Assembly: GCF_001194135.2 (NCBI RefSeq)
Contig: NC_068981.1
Span: forward strand, 194,509,784 to 194,573,783
Reading direction: 5' to 3'
DNA from: Octopus bimaculoides
Taxonomy: Eukaryota
Length of the DNA: 64,000 bases
Shown here: positions 54,814 through 64,000 of the stretch, piece after piece
How positions within the stretch are numbered: the stretch's first letter is position 1
Layout of the letters: each line of letters starts with the position of its first letter
Notes under the pieces: generated by a model
Told to the model about the DNA's origin: nothing
Seen by the model: the letters and a program-made list of their open reading frames with translations, nothing else
Database searches by the model: none
Program-made: the position numbers and the translations under genes

Positions 54814-54983
54814 AACAACAAACAAGATGAGGACAAATATCCATCAAATGTAAATAATGTACATAATTCCTTATCTTTTGAATATAGAACTGAATAGTTG
54901 CATCAATTGTCTCTTACCAAATTTGGCTGTTATCAGGGTTGCTGCTTAACCTTGGTTTCTGTAATGTTAAACATATGGGGAAA

Positions 54984-55159
54984 AAAATCTCTTGCAAGAA
55001 TACCAAACTTGTTTTTCCTTAGCATTATTAGTCACGTTTGGAAATCTTTGCTGTTTTACAATAAAACACCCCAAAATAATTAGTGTGAAACAGCAAAGAT
55101 TTCCTAGTGTGCACGATAATGCTAAGGAAAACAAGTTCAGCACTCTTGCAAGAGATTTT
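54984..55159. repeat. Imperfect long palindrome (arms about 75 bp, loop about 22 nt)
   Basis: aaaatctcttgcaaga...ccttagcattat...ggaaatctttgctgttt mirrored by aaacagcaaagatttcc...ataatgctaagg...tcttgcaagagatttt. Confidence 0.85.
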
Positions 55160-56152
55160 GGCCAGGAATTCTTTGATGTAGCCATGAGATAAGATAAGGA
55201 TGAGGTTTATGAATTGCTATAATTGTACTTCTTAGATTTATTTTAGGAGAAATTCCATTCTGAAGAGTTTGGGTTACATCATAATGGTGGGCTGTGGCCA
55301 GTTCCCCTCACTGGCTCCTGTGCTGGTGGCACGTAAAAAGCACTGTAGGCTGCTCCCCCCCCATTGCAGACGTTCTCTTATTTTTAATAAAGATCTGTTG
55401 AGTGATTGCTGAAGTTGTTAATCATATGACAAAGGAAGAGTGGGCACAAAAAGAACCCTGTATTCCAGACATTATTGCTAAAGTAACTTTCTTGAATATC
55501 AGGAAAGAAGTTTTAGTATTTTTGTCAAGGTGTGATTTGATCCTGAGTTTCGAATGACGCCTTGCAACATTTTCAGTAGATGTCTTACATATTATGGAAG
55601 AAATCCAAAACAAACTCAAAACTCAGGCAATCATGACATTCTTTCATCATTGTCATTCTAATCTTTGTTTTCTCTCTCTCTCTCTCTCTTTTCCATCTCT
55701 CTGTTTCTATACCTGCCTAACCCTCTCTCTGTCTCTCTCTTTCTCTCTCTCACTGTTTCTCCTCTCTGTTTCTTTATCTACCTAATTCTTACTTTCTGTC
55801 TACCTCCCTCTCCTCCCTCTTCATTTCTTACCCACCTAATACCCTCCCTCTCCCCTCTCTACCTAATTCTCATGCAACCTTTCTCTCTTTTTCCTTCTCT
55901 TCCTGCCTAATTTTCTCTCTCATTCTCATGTTTCTTTCTCCCTCTGGCCCTCTTTCTCTTCTTCTGCACCCAATTCTCATGTCCCCCTTTCTCTGCTTAA
56001 TTCTCTTGGCCTGTCTCTCTCTCTCTTTTTCATTGTCTTTCTCTCTCTCATTCTCATGTTCTCCCTCTCTCTCTCTCTTTTTCATTGTCTTTCTCTCCCT
56101 CATTCTCATGTTCTCCCTCTCTCTCATTCTCTCTCTGTCTCTCTCTTTGCAG

Positions 56153-56294
56153 TATTCCAAAGATGATGACTTGGTAGATGAAGAAGAAGTCCGCCAGTTA
56201 TTACAGCAGGGTACCGACACTGAGATGGAATGTCTGTTGATCGAGTGTGGTTATGATGCTGACAGTGAATTCTCTTTATCTGATGATCTGAAAG
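56153..56294 (+). CDS. LYST: LYST coding exon 5
   Basis: ctttgcag|YSKDDD...LLIECGYDADSEFSLSDDLK G|gtacag; resembles human LLVEEEGYEADSES; 142 nt, phase 0 to 1. Confidence 0.9.
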
Positions 56295-56420
56295 GTACAG
56301 TTGTCATAGCAACATAATTACATGATGGCTGCTTTAGATCTGTTGTAATGGTTCCTGTAATGGTTCCTGTAATGACTCCAACAGAATCCGGGGTAGCATT
56401 GCTTCTGTTTTTATATATAT

Positions 56421-56989
56421 ATAAAATTAATGTACATTTAAACACAAAAAGAAGTGACCCTTAACAGGCTGCCTTACATTCTAGAAGGAGCAGTCAAAAC
56501 ATCCAAAAACCACATTTAAGAGCAATTTCGAAGGGAATGAAAAATAAAAACTTTTACCATGTTTTTTACAACCAGACCTAGGTTTCGAACTTTAATTAGA
56601 AAATAAAATAATTTGCTAGGCAAAGTTCTCATCAGTGGGTATGCCAAACATTAACATATAATTTAGAAACGGTTATCACGTGTCTCATCATTATATATTA
56701 TAATTTTTCAAATTCAGAAGCTCAGATTTAGTCGGCAGCAAATAAAAAAATGCCGATTAACTTCAGAAATTACTAAAATCATATTCTTAAAATAATATAG
56801 GGTAGCAAAATTTTAGAAATCTTTTACCAGTGGCCTAGCATCTATAAAAAGTCAACAGACAACATATTTTCCATATAAAATTAGTGTACATTTAAACACG
56901 AAAAGAGTGCTCATAAATCTGGTTTTTGGACGTTTTGACTGCTCCTTCTAGCATGTAAGGCGGCTTGTTAAAGGTTACTTTTTTTGTGG
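56421..56989 (-). mobile_element. Non-coding element (family P3) with about 73-82 bp inverted ends, a direct repeat and an internal hammerhead
   Basis: 56452-56524 vs 56908-56980 inverted, about 65/73 identical; ataaaatta(a/g)tgtacatttaaacac repeated directly at 56421 and about 56875. Confidence 0.75.
56568..56642 (-). ncRNA. Type-I hammerhead ribozyme with intact catalytic core
   Basis: Minus strand: ATACCCA-CTGATGA-GAACTTT-(28 nt)-AAAGTTC-GAAA-CCTAGGT-C-TGGTTGT; 7-bp helix II, palindromic ACCTAGGT, GUC site. Confidence 0.85.
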
Positions 56990-57204
56990 TGTACAAGTGA
57001 CCAAGACCACAACATCGCACGGGGTCACTTATCTACAGCCGAATGGACTGGATCAATGTGGAAGGAAGTGTTTTGCTCAAGAGCACAATGCATTGCTCAG
57101 TCCAGCAACTGAACTCACAATCTTGCAATCACCAGTGGAAGACCCCTAACCACTTGGCCACTTGCCTTCACTATCCCCATATTAATAAGATCTACACATA
57201 TATA

Positions 57205-57237
<33 letters not shown>

Positions 57238-58090
57238 AAATGTATGTATATGTATATATGTTTGTGTGCCATGCAGATCACGTGACTGACCTGATGATTG
57301 GCTGTTGTTATACATTTGCTGGTCCCAACAAGCTTTTGCATTGCTTTCGCCTTCAAATGATGCCATCCCACTGAATAAGTGAGCAGGTCAATCTTCTCAC
57401 TGACCGGAGGCCTAGTCTGTCACAGGGTGGTCACCCGTTTACAGTTGAGTGGACTGGAGCAATGGGAAATGAACTGTTTTGGTCAAGAACACAATGCAGC
57501 ACCTGGTTTGGGAATCGAACCCACAATATCATGATCACATGTGCAACACCATGACCACTTAGCTACAAACCTTCACCATGCAGGTACACCTGTATATATT
57601 CCACCCATCAGCCCACATAAAAAGCACTGGTGCTGGTATCATGTGCAAAGCATGGGTATTATGTAAAAAAAACACCCAGTACACTTTGTAAAGTGATAGG
57701 CATTAGGAAGGGCATCCATCTGTAAAGACCATGCCAAAACATCAAACGCTGAAACCTGATGTGGCTCCTAGCTTTGCCAGTTCTTGTCAAGTTATCCAAC
57801 CCATGCCAGCATTGAAAACGGATGTTAAATGATGATGATGTACCCTGTAAGCATATGTGTATGCATATGTGGATATCACAGTGTTGTACTTGTATATATC
57901 ACTGTCCCTATGCCCTATGCCGTAAGTATGTGTGTATGTATCTTGCATATCTACCTATTTGTGTTTTATTGCTAAACTTTAAATATATCTATCCCTGTGT
58001 ATCAAATGGATGTACCTGTATACATGTTACGTGACTGTTTCAAATATGTGTTATCCTAAGATATCTCTCTCTCTCTGTATATATCAACAG

Positions 58091-58287
58091 GTAAACCATC
58101 TCGGAGCAAGGAATCAGATCTCTACCTCACCCAGATTCATTTTGCTTCCGTCTACCGCCTCATTATTGAATTAATGATCCACATGAACAGAGAAGGATAT
58201 GGTCAAGGAATATTCCACCGCATTCTTTACCAGTTAGTACAGACATGCCGTGAAGATCAGGGTGCCATGCAAGCTATGAGTTCTGAG
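58091..58287 (+). CDS. LYST: LYST coding exon 6
   Basis: tcaacag|GKPSRSKESDLYLTQIHFASVYRLIIELM...IFHRILYQLVQTCREDQGAMQAMSSE|gtaagg; 197 nt, phase 1 to 0. Confidence 0.85.
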
Positions 58288-58975
58288 GTAAGGATGGGTA
58301 ATCTCCCGAGTATGGGGCATTCGAGGATGGCCAGTAAGGGTGTGAACAATAAAGAGAGACTGTGTGTGTGAGACGACGTTTAATCTATTCCCGCTAAAAC
58401 AGGACCACGACGCGACAGGGTTAATGGCGAGATTGTAGTAGGAGCGTAAATGTAGATATTGAGAGCTGTCACTGATCAATAAACCCATGTTAGGTAATAA
58501 CTGTAAAGGGAGATAACTCTTAAGTGTTAAAACATTGATTCTTCACAACTACATAACGTTATGCATTTTGGGTCAGGCAAAGCTATTTAAAGTACCCTTA
58601 ATATTTAACTGGTATCTATTTTAGTGACCCCACCTCCAGAAAGAAAAAAAGACAAAGTAGATTGAGCTCAGTGAGATTTGAACTTGGAATAAAAAAAGGA
58701 TGCAACTGAATATCACACGTTGCATCGATTGTGTATTTACACTGGGAAGCATGAATGGTGAGCATATAAGAATGCCTTGAATTATCCAGCCACACCTGGG
58801 AGCTCTGTGTGTTTGTGGTGTGTAGTACCTTGATTAATACACACCTGCCTAAGTAAGCATTAACCATTCAACAATGGATGATAACATTCAATGTAAATAT
58901 ATGAATTATCACAAATGTTTATATGTATGTATGTACGTACGTATGGACGGACGGGAGGGCGGACGGACGGACGGT

Positions 58976-59189
58976 CTGTGGGTCTAAAAGTAGGCTTATA
59001 GTTATCAAATAGGCACTCTAAAATTTTTTTTAAACATGTTATTACATTTTAATTTCTATCATACAATTAACTAAATTAGCATAGAATAATGGTTTCATAG
59101 TTTTTTTATAATTAAGATCTAAACTGTTAATATATGAATGTAAAAGAGATAGTTGAATAACTGTAAACCTACTTTTGGACCACCCTGTA
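58976..59189. mobile_element. Tc1/mariner-type MITE
   Basis: Left ggtctaaaagtaggcttatagtt vs right aactgtaaacctacttttggaccaccctgTA. Confidence 0.6.
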
Positions 59190-59519
59190 CATTGATTTTA
59201 CTCACTTCTAATAGAACTATGTATTGTTATGTGTGTGTATCTTGTTGAGGGCATAACTACATCTCTTGTGCTTGTGCCACAAAAAATGTCCTTAGACCAT
59301 TATGTGAAGTAGTTGGTGGTAAGAAGAGCCTTCAGATGAAAAAACAAAGCCAAAAATGAAGTGCAAAAGATGCAAGATCCCTTGACCTTTCTAAGTAAGC
59401 AGTACTCTTGGAGTCTGTGACTTACTGACCTGTTCAACCCATAGAATAGAAAGCAGGTGCAAAACGAAAATTCTTAAGAGATGTGTCTATGTGGTTAGGG
59501 ATTTTGTTTCTCAAGCACA

Positions 59520-60340
59520 TGGTCAAGGTGAAGCGTGGTGAAACCATCTAATAATGACTCCGTTCAGAATGCTGGAATAATACTTATATGTACCAGAGGA
59601 GAAAGAGAGACACACAACCGAGTAGAATGTTTGAGAGAGAAGATTTATTGATATGTTAACGTGTGTGATTGTGTGTGCGTCATGTATACAGAACAATAGA
59701 CAGGCCATCATGAGAACAAAGTGTATGTGTGTGTATAGGCATGGATGTATGCGTGTGCGTTAAGTACAGATAAGAATAGTAATGAAGAAGAAAAACATTG
59801 AAAGAGTCTATAATGAGGAGTTAGAAGAATGTTCATAGACACAAGAATGAGAAATACCAGTTTGTAGTCAATTGTACATGATAAGTTGAAATACTGTATC
59901 AAGAAGTTGTGGCAACGATGCAGAGCCGGTTGCAGTACATGTCATATGTGAAGTTGTGGCTGTAATGCTGCTGCTTGGGTCACTTGGTACAGGAGTTCCT
60001 GCAAGTTGTATATTTGCTGTTGATCCATGGTGAAGTAATTCACGAACAGTGCTGTATTGGAACCTGGGCGAGTTGCTGGTTACTGTGTACATAGAGAGAT
60101 GATGTTGACGACATTAAGAAGATGATGGTGGCGATGAAGAAAGAGATTGCCTTATGCTGTTGGATGGGTGCTATCACTGGAACTGGCTGTGTCTTGTGCG
60201 GTCAGTGGCTAGACCTTAAAAGGTCTGGAACCAAAGACATTGAGAAGAGGGTTTTTATAAGGAACTGTAGGCTCAAACTGGGTTGAGAACAGGCTGTCTC
60301 ACATGATCTTATTTAGATCTCTGATTGGTTATATGCTGCA
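59520..60340 (-). mobile_element. Possible solo-LTR-like segment
   Basis: On the minus strand: CCAAT (60324-60328), TATAAAA (60253-60259), AATAAA (59644-59649) in LTR order; no TSD established. Confidence 0.3.
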
Positions 60341-60511
60341 GACTGGCATTAAAATGATGATCTCGCATACATGTTTGCATACACACACACATACTCTTAC
60401 AAATGTATGAGAGAGAGACACAGAGAGGCATCAATATAAATTTTATTTTTATTACAATCCATTCTGTTACAAGAACCTGTATTAAATGAAATCACATTGT
60501 TGTTTGGGTAG

Positions 60512-60578
60512 GGTATTGCTGGACTTATACTTAATGGGATGAAAGAAGATCTCCTAGGAAAGACCTCCATAAATAAAG
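60512..60578 (+). CDS. LYST: LYST coding exon 7
   Basis: tgggtag|GIAGLILNGMKEDLLGKTSINK (G)|gtaatt; 67 nt, phase 0 to 1, bridging exons 6 and 8 in frame; resembles human GTVKNLLGGFLSIL. Confidence 0.8.
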
Positions 60579-60659
60579 GTAATTCAATATATTTTTTTTG
60601 CTTTTTTTATGGTTTTGTAACATTTAACTTGTTTAATTTGTGTAATGTCCGTGTGCATT

Positions 60660-61410
60660 GATGGCAGTGTGTGAGTTCCCTGAGAGAAAAGTTGGACCAT
60701 AAGAAGCATCAGATGTGATGTGCAAGAGAGACAACTGCATAGGTATGGTCATGTGTTATGTATGGATGAGGACAGCTGTGTGAGGAAGTGCCACTCCCTA
60801 ACTGTGGAAGGAACCTGTGGAAGAGGTAGATCCAGAAAGACATGGGATGAGGTGGTGAAGTATGATCATCGAATGTTGGGCCTCACAGAGGCAATGACTG
60901 GAGACTGAGACTTTTGGAGATATGCTGTGATTAAGAAGACCCGACAATGAAAGTGAGATCGCAGCCATGGCTGATGCCAGGGTTGCATGTCTGCTCCTTG
61001 ATGTGTTGGGCGATATATGTTTGAGAAGACCTGTTGAATCAAATAAAAGCAAAATTGTAGCTGGCCAGTGCCCCCTGACTGGCTCCCGTTCTGGTGGCAT
61101 GTAAAATGCATCATCCAAACATGGTCAATGCCAGTGCCTCCTGACTGACTCCCATGCGAGTGGCACGTAAAAAGCACCATCTGAATGTGGTCAATGCCAG
61201 GTCTACCTGACTGGCTCCTGTGCCACTGGCATGTAAAAAGCACCCACTATACTCTCAGAGTGGTTGGTGTTAGGAAGGGCATCCATCTGTGGAAACCTTG
61301 CCAGATCATATTGGAGCCTTGTGCAGCCATCTGGCTCGTCAGTCCTCAGTCAAACCAGCCAACCCATGCCAGCATGGAAAGCGGACGTTAAACAACGATG
61401 ATGGTGATGA
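60660..61410 (+). mobile_element. 3' end of the dominant RTE LINE (ORF2 C-terminus, 3'UTR with sub-repeats, (GAT)n tail); 3'UTR-only copies throughout the window
   Basis: QERQLHRYGHVLCMDE...GTCGRGRSRKTWDEVVKYD..MLGL followed by the ttaggaagggcatcc...aacccatgccagcatggaaagcggacgttaaac tail seen at e.g. 5990-6420, 10840-11335, 32700-33305, 37085-37600 and 63680-64000. Confidence 0.9.
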
Positions 61411-61651
61411 TTGTTTTTGAATTAATCATGTATTATCTCATAACTTCAAGATTTCAGTGATGTGATCGTTTATTTTTAGAATGACATTGTAAGGTAGGTG
61501 TGACAGGCCTGATTTGATCAGTCTGAACATAAAACAGGCAGAAAATTTAGGCTTGATGTGGCCATTTTAAATGCTAACGGGTGTGTGTAGCTGTGTGTAG
61601 ACATTGTATGATATCACTGCATTAAGTGTAAATGCTGTTCTTCTGTTCTAG

Positions 61652-61761
61652 AAACACAGATCTTGCTGTTCACATTCATTCAACAGTTAGCACAAAATGA
61701 GATCACTGCTGCTGAACTGAAGCTGCTTCTGCGTTTGTTCATGGAAGATGCTTCTCCCTAT
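61652..61761 (+). CDS. LYST: LYST coding exon 8
   Basis: gttctag|(E)TQILLFTFIQQLAQNEITAAELKLLLRLFMEDASPY|gtaagt; resembles human CSEELTLLLRIFLEKSP; 110 nt, phase 1 to 0. Confidence 0.9.
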
Positions 61762-62663
61762 GTAAGTAACACCATGAACATTCTTCACATTTGCAATTTT
61801 TATGGGGGTTTTTTTTCTCATTATTTTTCTGTGATCACACGAGTGTTCTGTGGCAGTTCTGTAATGTACCCTACCCTTCTGTCTCTTCGTTCTATCAGTC
61901 TTATTATACTCTCTGCCCATTGTAATTCGATCCATGACTCTTTTCTCATTTATTTCTTCATTATATATTATATATCAATGTGTAATTCATCCTGCACTTT
62001 GAGTGGAGATGATGAAGTAGATAAGATGTCTGTCACTGGCATTTCATCATCATCATCTTCATCATCATTTAATGTCTGTCTTCCATACTGGCATGGGTTG
62101 ATGGTAGGAGCTGGTAGGACTGTACCAAGTTCCACTGTCTGCTTTGGCATAGATTTTTTACAGCTGGATGCCCTTCCTAATGTCAACCACTTCACAGGGA
62201 GTACTGGATGCCTTTTTTTTTTGAAACGTATAAGACTTTCTCACTTCCCGAGCGTTAAACTAATACATTTGTTTGTTGTTTACACACTCATCTTCGTCTT
62301 TTGTTTTTTTGTAAATTCTCACTATATATATATATAAAATGGGCTTCTTTCATTTTCCATCTACCAAATCCACTCACAAGGCTTTGGTTGGCCCGAGGCT
62401 GTAGTAGAAGACACTTGCCTAAAGTGCCACGCAGTGGGATTGAACTTGGAACCATGAGGTTGAGAAGTAGGCTTTTCACCACACAGCCACTCCTATGCCT
62501 GTATATCATGATGGCATCATTACGACTCTTGAGGTCCCAAACAAATAATATAAAGAATTGGAAATAATGCAGTTAAGCATTTCATCCAAAGCAGTAATGA
62601 GTCTGCCATCTTTCTGCCTTTAATAGTTTCAAATTTTGGCACAAGGCCTACAATTTTAGGGAG

Positions 62664-62728
62664 GGAATTGAACTCGGAATCTTGGGGTTAGTAGCCTACG
62701 CTCCTAATCACTACACCATATGCCCGTG
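62664..62728 (-). mobile_element. Isolated P1 tRNA-like cassette
   Basis: Reverse complement of gggcatatgg..tagtg.tta.gag...ggctactaaccccaagattccgagttc. Confidence 0.65.
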
Positions 62729-63052
62729 ATGATGATGGTGATGAATGTAAGATGGACAAAATTCCGCTAAGCATTTTGCCTGGCATACTAACGACTTTGC
62801 CAGATTTCACTATTTAAGGTGTCAACCTTCAATAATAATAATAATCCTTTCTACTAAAGGCACAAGACCTGAAATTAGGTGGGAGGCGACTAGACGATTA
62901 CATCAACCCCAGTGTTTCACTGGTACGTAATTTATTGACCCCGAAAGGATGAAAGGCAAAGTTCACCTTGGTGGAATTTGAACTCAGCACGTAGCGATGG
63001 GTGAAATACTGCTCAGCATTTTGTCCAACCTGCTAACGATTCTGCCATCTCA

Positions 63053-63087
<35 letters not shown>

Positions 63088-63142
63088 TGATGATGATGAT
63101 TTAAAAATGCTAATTAATGGTCTGTAATTGTCTCTCTGTCAG

Positions 63143-63311
63143 GATTTACTGCTGTCAACACTAACAGGGATTGTCGAAAACTATAGAGTGTCACCAACTC
63201 ATTATGTCCAGTTTCCGGTAACGAGACAGGATTCAAGCAACTCTAATTACAATGGCAGCAGCAGCATCAACAGCAGCAGCAAACACAAGATGGAGTCTGG
63301 TTGTGATAATG
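63143..63311 (+). CDS. LYST: LYST coding exon 9 (3' boundary uncertain; alternative donor after 63217)
   Basis: ctgtcag|DLLLSTLTGIVENYRVSPTHYVQFP resembles human [26 protein letters not shown]; candidate donors ccg|gtaacg (63217) or atg|gtattt (63311, followed by AT-rich sequence). Confidence 0.75.
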
Positions 63312-63447
63312 GTATTTTATCTCTTTCTTTTTCATTATTTATTTTGTTAAATTATTTTTGTGTTTTCTTCACTTTTCCTCACAACAACAATATTTCAAGG
63401 TGTCACGAAGGCAATATTTAGGTGGTATTTTCTCCAGTGTGAAAGCA

Positions 63448-63610
63448 CTTGGCCTGGTGGTTAGGGTGTTGCACTCACGATTGCTAGATCATGGGTTCGA
63501 TTCCTGGACCAGACGGTGCAGTGTGTTCTTGAGCAAAACCCTTCATGTCATGTTGCTCCAGTCCACTCAGCTGTAAATGGATAGCCACCCTGCGATGGGA
63601 ATGTTGGCCT
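63448..63610 (+). mobile_element. tRNA-derived SINE family C (also about 3060-3290 and 24165-24390)
   Basis: gggttcgattcctggacc...gtgttcttgagcaaaac.cttcat...ttgctccagtccactcagctg shared among copies. Confidence 0.7.
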
Positions 63611-64000
63611 GCTCACCTGACCAGTGGTGGTGGCGTCATTCAAAGGCTAAAACAGTGTAAAGCACATTGTGCCCATACATGCATCGGTCGTTGCCAGTGC
63701 CACCTGACTGGCTCCCCATGCCGGTGGCACATAAAAGGCACCAACCGAACATGGCCGATGCCAGCTTGACTGGCTCCCTTGCCGGTCGTACATAAAAAGC
63801 ACCATCTGAACGTGGTCGATGCCAGCCCCCTTGCCCTGTCTGGCTGTCTGGCTCCTGTGCCACTGGCATGTAAAAAGCACCCACTACACTGTCAGAGTGG
63901 TTGGCGTTAGAACGGGCATCTAGTTGTAGAATCATTGCCAGATGACATTGGAGCCTGGTGCAGCCTTCTGGCCAACCCATGCCAGCATGGGAAACAGACG

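Larger units (their letters stand above)
54151..54892 (+). mobile_element. Penelope-like element (family P1), 5'-truncated: inverted tail, GIY-YIG end, tRNA-like cassette, (AAT)n, hammerhead, tail
   Basis: KNCVYPIPCSCGRLY (GIY-YIG start) before the gap; KAAAHMLGHNNLLSRPS.DMNRIWEPVL...* after it; 54153-54179 is an inverted copy of the tail near 54844-54867. Confidence 0.85.

Noticed and set aside
61762-62337. Continuation of the 224-aa ORF beyond exon 8
   Set aside because: Follows a strong gtaagt donor and consists of T-rich and SINE/RTE sequence.

Overview
AT-rich, repeat-dense eukaryotic genomic DNA with many N gaps. The SINE/RTE/microsatellite landscape suggests an octopod cephalopod (inference). 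The only host gene I can support is the 5' part of a LYST/CHS1/beige (lysosomal trafficking regulator) orthologue on the + strand. It has nine coding exons (11578-63311, 3700 nt, about 1233 codons) that splice in frame through canonical GT-AG junctions, including a 2585-nt exon, and it continues beyond the window. The introns hold RTE, jockey/CR1-like, RLE-type and Penelope-like retroelement fragments, several tRNA-derived SINE families, mariner/hAT/piggyBac-type elements, a tRNA-Ser pseudogene and mini/microsatellites. The most interesting signal is four minimal type-I hammerhead-ribozyme motifs from three unrelated repeat families. Each motif has a palindromic helix III, and each family shows an inverted copy of its own sequence at one end. 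One family is a GIY-YIG Penelope-like element whose 3' region carries a tRNA-like cassette with intact A and B boxes directly upstream of the ribozyme. One hammerhead (56568-56642, - strand) has a fully intact core with a GUC cleavage site. All alignments and folds were done by eye, and comparisons to human LYST are from memory.
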